Below the pieces are notes generated by a model. It had not been told where the DNA came from. It worked only from the letters and a program-made list of their open reading frames with translations, and did not search any database. DNA of 64,000 nucleotides from a virus (lineage: Duplodnaviria; Caudoviricetes). Shown here one piece after another: positions 36,774 to 47,123 of this stretch (within the stretch, counting starts at the first letter, position 1; each line of letters starts with the position of its first letter). The DNA lies in IMG/VR virus record IMGVR_UViG_3300028805_000041, positions 64,001-128,000 of that record; one strand, written 5' to 3'. Position numbers and translations under genes: made by a program.

Positions 36774-39719
36774 ATGGTTGGAAGATTACAATTTGTACAC
36801 GATAATAAACTTTATACAAGCAAGGAGGCAATAAAGGCAATGCTTGACGTTACCGTTAAGGACGTTGACGGTAAGTATGCGTTGTTTGCAGAACCTATTG
36901 TATTTAAGTATGGTGAAGACAGTGCCGACACAAGCACTTGGAACATAGTATTGGCTATAGGAAAGTATGGTGATGGTACTCAACATTCAAAGAATGAGTA
37001 TTTCCTGATCGATACCGCATCTTTGGAAAAAGATGTTGCTGAGATAAGGGACGAACTTGCAAATGACAGCAATGAACTTGGCAGGATTAATGATGCGATA
37101 ACTTCATTAACTGAAAGGATAACAGCCGCCGAAGGTAATATAGAACAATTGTTCGGTGAGATAGAAAGAGTTGATGTAGAATTGGCTAAGAAACTCGAAT
37201 TTCCCGACCTGAAACTCGTATATGACCCAAAGAGCGACCCAAACAATGACGGTGCAATCAGGCTTGAGTGGAACGGACACACATATACGGAAACACAGTC
37301 TATACCAATTAGGGACTTCATAAAAGATGCAATGGTACAAGAAGCCAATGTCATTGTGAAGGAAGACGGTAATCCGTATTTGCACATTGTATGGAATGAG
37401 GACTCAGAAAAGGGAACAACTGACATTCCACTTAATATGCTTGTTGACATTTATACAATTGATGGTGGAGACGGTTCAACGGAATATCTTAGGATTGATG
37501 AACATAATGCCATCCATATAAACGTATGGGATGGTAACGGTTATCCTTACGATGGTCTCGCTACGGGAAGTCAGGTACATGACCTTAGTGATAGTTTGAA
37601 TGAACGAATAGATGAGACTGAAAACAACCTCACTAACAGGATTGACAATGTTGAAAATACCCTTAATACCAAAATAGACGGTGTTGAAGATACATTAGAT
37701 GACAAAATCAATAATGTTGAAAATAGTCTAAATGCTGCAATAACATCAGCAAGGACTGATTTGGCTACTGAAACCGTTGCACGCATCAATGCTGACGAGG
37801 ATATTATTCACGACCTTAACTTACTGTCCGGCACCGTTATTTCGAATAAAACAAACGCTGATTCGGAGATAGCAGGACTTAAGAATAAAGATATTGAATT
37901 GACCAATGCAATTAGTGGAATACCATCATATAATTTGGTTAAGACAAATGAATTACAATATTATTTCCTTGTCAACAATGAAGTAAAGACAATAATCGAT
38001 ATCCCCAAGGATATGTTTATAAAGAGTGCTGAAGTAAGGGATGGTTACATTTACATCTACATGAATGCACTTGATGATGACGGAAATGTCATTTATGTTT
38101 CATTCCCAATAGATGGCCTTATTGATGTATACACAGTTGACAGCAACTCAGCAACCTATATGAGTATTGATGATTATAACGTGTCTCTTAAGGTTGATGT
38201 ACCAAACGGTCTGGCTTCGTATGCCACTGCATCTGCGTTGGATACAAAAATTAATAACGTTAATTCAGGACTTAACAATTCCGTAAATGAAATAGAAAAT
38301 TCAATTGATAATATCAATTTGGAATTGGCAAAGAAACTTGAAAACGGTGATTTGGGCATAGTTTATGACAGTGAACAGAAGGTCATAAAACTGACTGGTA
38401 AAAACGGACAATTACTTGGTGTTATACCCGCAAATGACTTCGTAAAAGACGGTATGATAGAACACGTTGAACTTGTTGATAATAGCATTGTTATAACATG
38501 GAATACAGACGGTGGTGGCGACATTACTGTAATACCATTGTCAGGACTGATAAAGATTTACAGGGTTGCTGAGGATTCACAAAATTACCTGTCAATCAAT
38601 CAGGATACCAATGAGATTTCAATAAAGATAGGAAATACTGAAAACACACTTGGTCTTGCATCATATACCCAATACAAGGAAGTCAAGGATATTGTCGGAG
38701 ACGGAATAGCCGATACAACACTGACAAGGGAAATAGAAATCCTGAAGGAAAAAACCGATACTCAGGAAAGCGGAATCTATTCGCCTGAATTGGATGGCAA
38801 TGTAAGAACCCCATTTGCAGTGGGTGGTATTCCAACAGGTACAACCGTAAGTTATCTTAGTGGAAAGACAATGACAGAAATGTTCAATGAAATTCTCTTC
38901 CCAGAGGTTTATCCTTTAGTAGCAACGAAACCATCCGTTACCGCAATAAATGGTGGCTCAGTGGTTGGTGGTGAAGTAGAAGATATTGTAAATGGTATTG
39001 CATTATTTGGGGATGAATTAACTATTGATGCTGTTACAGCAACAGTTAGTAATGGTAAATTCAATGCATCATTTACACTACCAGCACAACCATCACCAAT
39101 TTATACAACAGGATTAACATTATCCGTAGAATATACCGGGTTAAAAAACGCTTCTGCTTCAGCAGAAAGTCAATGGAGGGGATATGCTGGACTTGGAAAT
39201 AATACTATTACTTGGACTGCACAGATGAATTACTCCGCACCAACAAATAAACCAGTTACAAGCTTTGGTAATGAAACCACTGAAACCGGTAAAACTACAA
39301 GTAATGGCGCAGCTGTTTGGACTAACGGTTCTTCGATTAAAACCAAAACAACCACAATTAAGGGTGTTTATCCAATATTCACTAATGTCGCCGGTTCAGA
39401 TATAATTTTTACTACTGTTTTATTTGAACCACTGTTCTCGGGAACAACAAGTCCTGAAATAAGTGTTCCTTCTGAATCTATAAGTCAAAAACACTTCATT
39501 TTAGACTATCCGGCATATTTAAGAGTTACACATTTCTATATCAAAGACTTGTCAGGTAATTTTGTAGATTTCAGTGCACCATATAATGCTGAATCTGAAA
39601 TTGTATCCCACAATGTAAACAGAACACCTGTTCAATATAAGAGACTTGTTACAACCGGTAGTTTACTTGGTCCTTGTGTATATAAGATAGTCTTCAGTAA
39701 GAATATGATGGGTGAATAA
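36774..39719 (+). CDS. Long tail fibre/appendage protein with repeated modules
   Basis: Coiled-coil segments alternate with ~3 copies of an IP..D...K......L.I.WN....IPL..L..IY...YL.I...GLA module. Confidence 0.6.
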   Translation: MVGRLQFVHDNKLYTSKEAIKAMLDVTVKDVDGKYALFAEPIVFKYGEDSADTSTWNIVLAIGKYGDGTQHSKNEYFLIDTASLEKDVAEIRDELANDSNELGRINDAITSLTERITAAEGNIEQLFGEIERVDVELAKKLEFPDLKLVYDPKSDPNNDGAIRLEWNGHTYTETQSIPIRDFIKDAMVQEANVIVKEDGNPYLHIVWNEDSEKGTTDIPLNMLVDIYTIDGGDGSTEYLRIDEHNAIHINVWDGNGYPYDGLATGSQVHDLSDSLNERIDETENNLTNRIDNVENTLNTKIDGVEDTLDDKINNVENSLNAAITSARTDLATETVARINADEDIIHDLNLLSGTVISNKTNADSEIAGLKNKDIELTNAISGIPSYNLVKTNELQYYFLVNNEVKTIIDIPKDMFIKSAEVRDGYIYIYMNALDDDGNVIYVSFPIDGLIDVYTVDSNSATYMSIDDYNVSLKVDVPNGLASYATASALDTKINNVNSGLNNSVNEIENSIDNINLELAKKLENGDLGIVYDSEQKVIKLTGKNGQLLGVIPANDFVKDGMIEHVELVDNSIVITWNTDGGGDITVIPLSGLIKIYRVAEDSQNYLSINQDTNEISIKIGNTENTLGLASYTQYKEVKDIVGDGIADTTLTREIEILKEKTDTQESGIYSPELDGNVRTPFAVGGIPTGTTVSYLSGKTMTEMFNEILFPEVYPLVATKPSVTAINGGSVVGGEVEDIVNGIALFGDELTIDAVTATVSNGKFNASFTLPAQPSPIYTTGLTLSVEYTGLKNASASAESQWRGYAGLGNNTITWTAQMNYSAPTNKPVTSFGNETTETGKTTSNGAAVWTNGSSIKTKTTTIKGVYPIFTNVAGSDIIFTTVLFEPLFSGTTSPEISVPSESISQKHFILDYPAYLRVTHFYIKDLSGNFVDFSAPYNAESEIVSHNVNRTPVQYKRLVTTGSLLGPCVYKIVFSKNMMGE

Positions 39720-39796
39720 AAAAAACATAAAGAATAAGTATTGATAATTTACAAAAAATAACTAATTATTTATATAGTTAACAAAAAGAATAAAAG

Positions 39797-40360
39797 ATGG
39801 CAAAATATACAAATCCAATACAATGGGGTGCTCCGTTTGGTATAACTGGTGAAGCACCTATTGATTCACGAATGGTTGTTGATAGAGAAGAAGATCTATA
39901 TAAAACCGAGACTTGGTATCCGGTTGGTGGTGCAAAAACTCCTGTTTATGACGGTATGGCTGTTACTGTTTTGGATAAGGCTTGTTTTTATATTCTATTA
40001 GACAGCAGTGATTATACAAATCCGGCTTCTTGGACAAGCGTTTGTGGCGGTGGTGGTACAGGACCTGGTATCTATGGTTGCGGATGTCAGGGAAGTCAAG
40101 GAAGTCAGGGTGGAAAACCCGGATGCTGTGTATGTGTTGACAGTTATGTCGACGCCGATACAGGCGATGTCCTCTTGGAGGGTGGTTGTATTGATGATGT
40201 TATCGAACGTCTTTTAGGAAGAATTCTTGATTTGGAGGATAAGTTAAGCTCGGCAATAACAATGATTGAGTCTGTTGATCCAAATATAATAATAGAAGGT
40301 TATAGCGATAATCCATCCGGAGGTAAAATTGCTCACATAAAATTAGGTGGAGTAGGATAG
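39797..40360 (+). CDS. Small structural/fibre-associated protein
   Basis: PIDSRMVV, Y.GM.V.V; short GxQ and Cys-rich segment; TATTTAT at 39767-39773. Confidence 0.5.
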   Translation: MAKYTNPIQWGAPFGITGEAPIDSRMVVDREEDLYKTETWYPVGGAKTPVYDGMAVTVLDKACFYILLDSSDYTNPASWTSVCGGGGTGPGIYGCGCQGSQGSQGGKPGCCVCVDSYVDADTGDVLLEGGCIDDVIERLLGRILDLEDKLSSAITMIESVDPNIIIEGYSDNPSGGKIAHIKLGGVG

Positions 40361-40368
40361 TAAATAAG

Positions 40369-40397
40369 ACGGGGTTTTTAAACCCCGTTTTTTTTTT
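40369..40397 (+). terminator. Intrinsic terminator
   Basis: ACGGGGTTT-AAACCCCGT followed by a long T-tract. Confidence 0.8.
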
Positions 40398-40461
40398 CTT
40401 TACAATATTGCCATAAACAGTTATTTTTTATTTAAAAGCGTAACAATACGATAACCGAGTT

Positions 40462-41322
40462 ATGGGAATATTAAAAGGTGTCTTCAAATATACCTTTTTG
40501 ATAATGAACATTTTATCATATAAAGTATATGGACAAGAAATTTTAATTGACAAACAAAATGAGGCGAGTGTTACGGATTCTTTTACATTTGTTGGTTTTT
40601 TTGAAAGGGAGATAGAAGAGTGTCCGAAATTTGGTTTTTATAACATAACAGAACATAATTACACGAGCCAAGAAGTTGAGTCAACGGAGAAAAGGATTGA
40701 CTTAACCACTTTTCGTATACCTTGTAAAAGTAATAATGTCACGTCAAGTTTCGGTTATCGTAAAAGTTTCAGAAGGAACCATTACGGGACCGACATAAAG
40801 GTTTTTGTCGGTGACACAATATATTCAATATTTAGTGGTGTTGTTTCACTTGTTGCATTTGATAAAAACGGATATGGAAAATATGTCAGAATAAAACACG
40901 ATAACGGTTTTGAGACATTGTATGCCCATCTTTCAAAACATCTTGTTACTAAAAATCAGAGAGTGTTTGCGGGTGAGCCAATCGGACTTGGTGGAAACAC
41001 GGGAAGAAGTACCGGTTCTCATCTTCATTTTGAAATTCGTCTGAATGGAAAACACGTAAATCCTGAGGACCTATTCTCATTTGAACACAGGAAACCATTA
41101 ATGGAACATATTTTAGTGGATAATGGAAAAATAATCAAAAACGAGTTGACTAAGGAAACTATAGAGGAAAAAGAAAAAAGCGAAATTCTACATAAGGTTA
41201 AACGTGGTGAAACATTGTCTATGATTGCCAACAAGTATAAAATGTCTGTTGACGGTTTGAAAAAGAAGAACGGACTAACAAAAAACACGATATTTGTCGG
41301 ACAAGTATTACGCTGTTCATAA
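40462..41322 (+). CDS. M23 peptidoglycan endopeptidase with C-terminal LysM
   Basis: HYGTD (HxxxD), YAHLS, GNTGRSTGSHLHFE; LysM HKVKRGETLSMIA.KY.MSV..L...NGL. Confidence 0.92.
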   Translation: MGILKGVFKYTFLIMNILSYKVYGQEILIDKQNEASVTDSFTFVGFFEREIEECPKFGFYNITEHNYTSQEVESTEKRIDLTTFRIPCKSNNVTSSFGYRKSFRRNHYGTDIKVFVGDTIYSIFSGVVSLVAFDKNGYGKYVRIKHDNGFETLYAHLSKHLVTKNQRVFAGEPIGLGGNTGRSTGSHLHFEIRLNGKHVNPEDLFSFEHRKPLMEHILVDNGKIIKNELTKETIEEKEKSEILHKVKRGETLSMIANKYKMSVDGLKKKNGLTKNTIFVGQVLRCS

Positions 41323-41351
41323 AAAAAACCGGTGGAAAATCACCGGTTTTT
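41323..41351. terminator. Bidirectional terminator
   Basis: AAAAAACCGGTG-loop-CACCGGTTTTT. Confidence 0.85.
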
Positions 41352-41355
41352 AGTT

Positions 41356-44300
41356 TTAATCACTTGCATAACTCTTTGAATACTGTAATTCCAATACATC
41401 GGACAGTTTTCCGATTGATATCTCGGGATAACGTTTGGACATAAAGTTTCCTGTATTCGGGTCAATATCTGCAATATTATAGATTTCCGACGGTAATTCA
41501 CCCTCTTCAATGAATGCATCAACATCCGAACTTGTCATACCTAAGATAATGTCTTGGAACATATTCTTTTCGTTGTCAATACCAAGCCTCTTTTCTTCAG
41601 CCATACGTTCAAAGTAATCATTCTTTATATCTTCCCAAGAACCCATATCACATTCTTCCAAGAATGGTGGAACAAGGTCATAAGTTGTCCAGAACTTTAT
41701 TTCCTTGTCTTCCATTGTCATCAGTTGTTCGTAGGTATCCTGATCGGTTGGTTTGTTTGGTTCACCTGAACTTAACTTACATTCCTCTTCTGTGAAATAT
41801 TGTCTATCATTCGGATTGGAGATAAGTATTCTGTCTCTGATTTCCCTACTGAAACATACGAGAAGTGGCTTAATTCTATTATTGAACATTGTGATGTATT
41901 TCGGACAATTGTATTCCACTTGTTTTCCATCAACTATGAAATTCTCACAAAATGTATCCTCATCCTTTTCAATTACATCTCTTGGAACCAATGCACAATT
42001 AAGGACAATTTCTTCCTCACTAAAGACGTTTGGCTTATATTTTTTCAACCATTCTACCTTTTTTAAGGTACCTTCCTTGTGATATACCTTATATTCCTTC
42101 TCAATATCCTTTGTAACACACACCTTTTCACCATTTTCATTGTAGTCGAAATAATGTGTTATCTTTTTCACGTCAGCATGAGATTTGGATGTGCCAATAT
42201 TGATATAATACAGGGTATCACCATTATCCACCTTCATATTATGCTTTATTGCCAATTCATACCAAGCCTGTCTTGACTTTGGTCTGCCCGCCTTGGTTAT
42301 CTCCTTGACATCTTTAAGATATTGGTCGGTACTCTTCTTAATCTTACCCTTAGTTGCAATGTCTCTCAAAGGTATCTGATAGTTGTATATCTTCTCAATG
42401 TAATTGTAATACTCGTTAAGAAAACCCTGTCCATTACCCTGCAACAATAGGCGTATGCCCTTTGAAAGGAATTTTGCAATGTATTCAGGCATCTTTTTGG
42501 ATTTAATTGTATTTCCGACCATTTTCACATCTTCAGGGTATGGGTTTCCGGGAAAATAGTCAGCATAGTTCTTACGACTGAAGTTAATGGTTGCTGATAC
42601 CACTTCATCAATACCAAGACCCATTTTCTGTACCCCATTCGGACTATACACCTTGTTCATATACAAGTCATTGAACTCAGCAACGTCAGCCTCATAACCC
42701 GTATATTCAACACCAAGTTTTACCTCACGATTTGAACCCTTACCAATGTATGGGTGTTCCTTAGTATACCTAAATGTCTCATTATCAGGTAGTTTGAAAT
42801 TAAAGCCATCGGTATCGCCGACAATTGGTTGGTATCCTAACTTGCTGAAGTGTGAAATCATTAGACGTAGGCATTGTCTGCCTGTGCAAGTTGTCTGTTC
42901 TGCACATTTAGGTGACTTCCAAGGAAACACAGAACCGTTGTTTGAACCATATGAGCCGAAGAATGAGTTACCAAACACCTTCATCTGTGCCTGTTTCTTA
43001 TCATTGAATGCGTAATCAGCACCTGCCTTGTTAAAATCATTGATTTCATCTGCTGTCGCGGTTTTGTCTTGTACTTTACTTTTGAGTTCGTCGACAATTT
43101 TTCCTGCCTCCTTCTTTAGACCCTTAAAACTTTCTCTCTGTGTTAGTACATACTCAAGCATTTTAAGCATTGCATTCATAAGGTCATTCCAATCTGAAAT
43201 ACCCCACGTAAGAATAATTGACGGATAAAGTGAGTTGTAGTCAAGTTTAACGACGTTATCAACATATCCAACCTTAAGAAGTCTTGAAAGACCGCCTGTG
43301 AACGCACCTGTGTTCTCCGCGAGAGGGATTGCAAGGTTATTCTCATATGACCATGCAAGCATAAGGGCTTTCCATTGTCCTGCCGTTCCCATTGTTGTAC
43401 ACTTTTCATATGGTACAGGGAGCAATTTACATATCAGGAAGTTTGTTGTGTTAAATTTATGCTCGACCTTATCACATTCCCAAAGGTCATCGAGTAGATA
43501 TCTTTCAACAATATATCTACCTGTAGTTTCGACATAACCATCCTTTAATGGTGTGTCATCTGTAATAAGATACCAAGAGCCATTTTCATCATTGAATGCA
43601 TATTTGTTTACCTTATCTGCCCACGTGCTATTAATTTTATCACCGGGAACATACACACGGTTTGGTTTAACCATCTTTGCATATTGTGTGGCATATTTCA
43701 GGTCCGCACGGAGCATATTAGAGTCAATTGCCTGTGCTCTTCTTACAGCGTGAAGAGAATCCGTTATTATGGTATATGGCACAATTGTCTTATAATATGT
43801 TTCAATTTCACCGCCAAGTTTAAGTATGCTTTCTTTTTCTTCTTTTCTGATTACATTTCCATCGAAATACTTTGCGGACATTTCTTCCATAGTTGTACCA
43901 AGCATAAGACAACGTACAATGATGAAATTCCAGTCAAAGTTTTCTCCGTTATGTGCTGTAATCACGTCAGGTTTATAGGTATAGATGATACGGAGCATCA
44001 TATCGATAGCCCTAAGTTCGTTTTTATCCCTTTCCTCCTTTGTGGTGCCTTCAATTGTGAATATCTTTTCGAAGCCCCTGTTTGTTCTTATACCAATTTG
44101 TGAAATTCTGTGTCTATATGGATCAAGACCTTCAGTCTCAAGGTCAAATATCATACGATATATTTCGTCGTAGTCGATATAACCCTTGAAGAATCTTTTA
44201 CCCGTTTTAATCATAAATTGTTCTGCGGGTGTGACAATCAGGTATTGTCTTTCATCGTTTTTATCCTCATAGATATTGTTTCCGTCTTTGTCTTTCTTGG

Positions 44301-44715
44301 CAAATACAGGGTTTTTACCTTCCTTGAAAAATGAGAGAAAACGTTGGTATGACATTGGTTCCTTTGCATAAAACATAAAAAGGTAACCATTGTCGAATTT
44401 ATCGACCACATCACCATTGATTGTTGTGTTACTCAGTCTTTTTACACCGATATTATATTTGTGTAAGAGTTTTTTCAGTTCATCCCTATTTCCATTACAC
44501 AATTTTTTACAGGCGTGTAATGTTGCCCAACAAAATGGATAAAAATCCTCTTTTCTTACACATTTTTGATCCTTTTCGTTACGGTAGAATATTGTCATCC
44601 TCGATGTGTTCGGTTCGTACATAATGTTTACGATACGTTCCATCGGGTCTCTACCCTCAATAAATTTTTCTATCTCCTCTTGTGAGATTTCCTTTTTCTT
44701 TAAATTTTCTTCCAT
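41356..44715 (-). CDS. polB: Family B DNA polymerase
   Basis: FDLETEG (ExoI), HNGENFDW (ExoII), LDYNSLYPSII, KxxxNSFFG, VGDTDG; TATATTTG at 44768-44775 (minus). Confidence 0.95.
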   Translation of the reverse strand: MEENLKKKEISQEEIEKFIEGRDPMERIVNIMYEPNTSRMTIFYRNEKDQKCVRKEDFYPFCWATLHACKKLCNGNRDELKKLLHKYNIGVKRLSNTTINGDVVDKFDNGYLFMFYAKEPMSYQRFLSFFKEGKNPVFAKKDKDGNNIYEDKNDERQYLIVTPAEQFMIKTGKRFFKGYIDYDEIYRMIFDLETEGLDPYRHRISQIGIRTNRGFEKIFTIEGTTKEERDKNELRAIDMMLRIIYTYKPDVITAHNGENFDWNFIIVRCLMLGTTMEEMSAKYFDGNVIRKEEKESILKLGGEIETYYKTIVPYTIITDSLHAVRRAQAIDSNMLRADLKYATQYAKMVKPNRVYVPGDKINSTWADKVNKYAFNDENGSWYLITDDTPLKDGYVETTGRYIVERYLLDDLWECDKVEHKFNTTNFLICKLLPVPYEKCTTMGTAGQWKALMLAWSYENNLAIPLAENTGAFTGGLSRLLKVGYVDNVVKLDYNSLYPSIILTWGISDWNDLMNAMLKMLEYVLTQRESFKGLKKEAGKIVDELKSKVQDKTATADEINDFNKAGADYAFNDKKQAQMKVFGNSFFGSYGSNNGSVFPWKSPKCAEQTTCTGRQCLRLMISHFSKLGYQPIVGDTDGFNFKLPDNETFRYTKEHPYIGKGSNREVKLGVEYTGYEADVAEFNDLYMNKVYSPNGVQKMGLGIDEVVSATINFSRKNYADYFPGNPYPEDVKMVGNTIKSKKMPEYIAKFLSKGIRLLLQGNGQGFLNEYYNYIEKIYNYQIPLRDIATKGKIKKSTDQYLKDVKEITKAGRPKSRQAWYELAIKHNMKVDNGDTLYYINIGTSKSHADVKKITHYFDYNENGEKVCVTKDIEKEYKVYHKEGTLKKVEWLKKYKPNVFSEEEIVLNCALVPRDVIEKDEDTFCENFIVDGKQVEYNCPKYITMFNNRIKPLLVCFSREIRDRILISNPNDRQYFTEEECKLSSGEPNKPTDQDTYEQLMTMEDKEIKFWTTYDLVPPFLEECDMGSWEDIKNDYFERMAEEKRLGIDNEKNMFQDIILGMTSSDVDAFIEEGELPSEIYNIADIDPNTGNFMSKRYPEISIGKLSDVLELQYSKSYASD

Positions 44716-44811
44716 AATTAATTCCTCCTATAGTTTGCAATACACAAACATCGGTTTTATATCATTACAAATATACTATTAAAAATAAAATGAGCGGGGA
44801 ATTAACCTCGC

Positions 44812-46713
44812 TCATTTTGTCATTATTGTCTTAAGCCCTAATAGATTTTTGAACAGTATTCTCTTCTTGTTTGTTTCTTCATTCACCTCAAAATATTTTG
44901 AAATGGACAGGTCATCGAAATTGTGCCCGTATTCTCTGTCGGGGTATCCTCTCTTTAGTTTATTACAGTATTCCTCTACACTTTTTGTTGTGTAGTGTTT
45001 TAGTTTTGCCATATTATAGTTGACGTTCTTGTTGAAACAACTGTCATATTTGCTTGTTCCATAACTATTTGTGTATAGAAGAGGAATGATTTCCCCACCA
45101 CAGTTATCACATGTCGGTAGATTATGTAGAGCCGGACTATGTGACTCCATCCATACAATTTCTTGATTAAGACCGCCCCTTAGGATTGATTTTATATGGA
45201 AGTTATGTGACCATTCAACATTGTTTGAAACGTATTTCTCCTTAAATCTTTCAACAACGGGTTTATCCTCATAATGTAGGTTTCCACTGTCCGTATATGT
45301 TTCCCAATTGATCTTAATTAGGTCATAGTCAATGAATATTTTATTTGAGAGGTATTCCTTTATGTTCTTTGCTGTTGTCAGTTCAAGGAACTCGTCACAA
45401 TCGAAGAAAGCAATCCAATCGTATTTGTCACCATATTTTTTATAACAATCGCTATAGGCGTGTTGTTGCGCCTTTACAAACATACCCCTGTAGTTTATTA
45501 TTTCAACAAATTTACTGTTTGTTTCCTCTGAAAGTACATCTTCCAATATCTCACCGTTTTCATCATTATTGTCATAGATGATTATCTTGTCGAAACCAAG
45601 TTTTTTGTAGTGGTCGACCCATTCTTTTATGTATCTGTTTTCATTTTTTGCTATACAACAAACAGCCACCTTACATTCATCTCCATTTATTATGTTGTAT
45701 ATAGTTCTCTTATCAATTTCAGACAGGGTATAATTATATTCCTTACATAATCTTAGGAACGCTATTGCTTTCTTTTTATTTTTCTCATTAAACATAAAAT
45801 AACCGTCAACAATATTTTTACCCCTCTTTGTATAATTGGCAATATCGGCTTTTGCATTGATTACTTTATGTCTAATGTATGTCTCAAGACATTTTGTTCT
45901 ATAGTGTTTTAAATTGGCAATACTTCTAGGAAGTATCTTGGTTTTATAATGTTTATTGAAAACACTTTCTTCAGGGATATGCGGATTGGTTCCGTATTTC
46001 AATTCCGGAATCGCCTTCATTATTGGCTTTCCCCACGATATTTCATTCGACGTTACCCTGTCATAGGTATCGTATTTCATTGTAGTAACTTCTTTTGTAT
46101 AAGTTTCAACTACCGATTTTTTGCAGTCGGCTTCATATATGATGTCGTTGTCGGAATAGGTTTTCCACATAACCTCACACATATTGATGCCCGCGTCAAT
46201 AACATAGAATTCAATGAATTTCTTTACAGACATACCTTTGAAATCAAAAAATTCATCAATATCAATTACTGATATGAAATCATAATCAAGTTTCTTGATG
46301 TATTCCAATGCATAATTATATGCAATACATTGATCCACATTGAAAACCTCGAATTCAACACCATTGTACGGTATGATAGTAACTCTTTTATCTTCTATCC
46401 TAAGTTCTTTTCCCAATGGGTTGTTGTCTAATATGAAAATATGATCAAAACCAAGATTGAAGTGCCATTCTAACCATTCGTCAATATATTTTTCTTCATC
46501 TCTTGCAATTGCTAAAATACAGACATTTCCAACTTTTTGTATTTCTTTATTTGGACTAATATTTTGTTCTGGTTCAATATTATTCTCTGTTTCTTTCACA
46601 ACTGATTTAACATTCTCATCATATTCTGATGCTTTTGCTACTCTATTTTTCGTTTTTTCGGCGTTGGTTTTAGTGCTTGTTAATAGATTAACTCTCGAAA
46701 TTTTCCTCTTCAT
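44812..46713 (-). CDS. Tandem two-domain glycosyltransferase (GT2/GT92-like)
   Basis: Two copies of IA(R/K)xExxYIxEWxxxHxxLGFDxIxIxDNN...(I/F)D.DEF...L.HY.TK. Confidence 0.85.
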   Translation of the reverse strand: MKRKISRVNLLTSTKTNAEKTKNRVAKASEYDENVKSVVKETENNIEPEQNISPNKEIQKVGNVCILAIARDEEKYIDEWLEWHFNLGFDHIFILDNNPLGKELRIEDKRVTIIPYNGVEFEVFNVDQCIAYNYALEYIKKLDYDFISVIDIDEFFDFKGMSVKKFIEFYVIDAGINMCEVMWKTYSDNDIIYEADCKKSVVETYTKEVTTMKYDTYDRVTSNEISWGKPIMKAIPELKYGTNPHIPEESVFNKHYKTKILPRSIANLKHYRTKCLETYIRHKVINAKADIANYTKRGKNIVDGYFMFNEKNKKKAIAFLRLCKEYNYTLSEIDKRTIYNIINGDECKVAVCCIAKNENRYIKEWVDHYKKLGFDKIIIYDNNDENGEILEDVLSEETNSKFVEIINYRGMFVKAQQHAYSDCYKKYGDKYDWIAFFDCDEFLELTTAKNIKEYLSNKIFIDYDLIKINWETYTDSGNLHYEDKPVVERFKEKYVSNNVEWSHNFHIKSILRGGLNQEIVWMESHSPALHNLPTCDNCGGEIIPLLYTNSYGTSKYDSCFNKNVNYNMAKLKHYTTKSVEEYCNKLKRGYPDREYGHNFDDLSISKYFEVNEETNKKRILFKNLLGLKTIMTK

Positions 46714-47116
46714 CGTAGTTTTTACTTATGTTTGTGAAGTTTTCCCCTCTTGTGGACAACTTATCAATTATTTTATCCTCATCTTCGCCAAACCTGAAAA
46801 CGAGTCTGTAAGGTTCGGGATACTTATCGTATTCGGATATGTCTTCCCATCCACAGGCTAAAATACCATCAATCATATCCTGTAATGAAAAACAAGTGTT
46901 ATTCTGTGAACACGATATTGGTATTTTTGTTCTTAACAATTTTATTTCGGAATATGTTGATTCGTCAGGCAATGTGTTCTCACACGCACTCGGACACTGT
47001 TCATTCCAATCCTCACCCCATACAATGTCGGGTGTTTCCGAGAAAAAAAACTCATATTCGTAGTTTCCAGACGAATCCAACCCTATTTGGTTTATGTAGA
47101 CCAACTTTTTATCCAT
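46688..47116 (-). CDS. Hypothetical protein
   Basis: Acidic ORF following the helicase; likely start MDKKL at 47116. Confidence 0.6.
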   Translation of the reverse strand: MDKKLVYINQIGLDSSGNYEYEFFFSETPDIVWGEDWNEQCPSACENTLPDESTYSEIKLLRTKIPISCSQNNTCFSLQDMIDGILACGWEDISEYDKYPEPYRLVFRFGEDEDKIIDKLSTRGENFTNISKNYDEEENFES

Positions 47117-47123
47117 AAATTTA

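Noticed and set aside
40078-40125. Collagen-like repeat
   Set aside because: Only ~4 Gly-X-Y triplets; too short for a collagen helix.
41356-44715. Intein or intron in PolB (also TerL and helicase)
   Set aside because: Reading frames are continuous, with no C...HN splice motifs or LAGLIDADG blocks.
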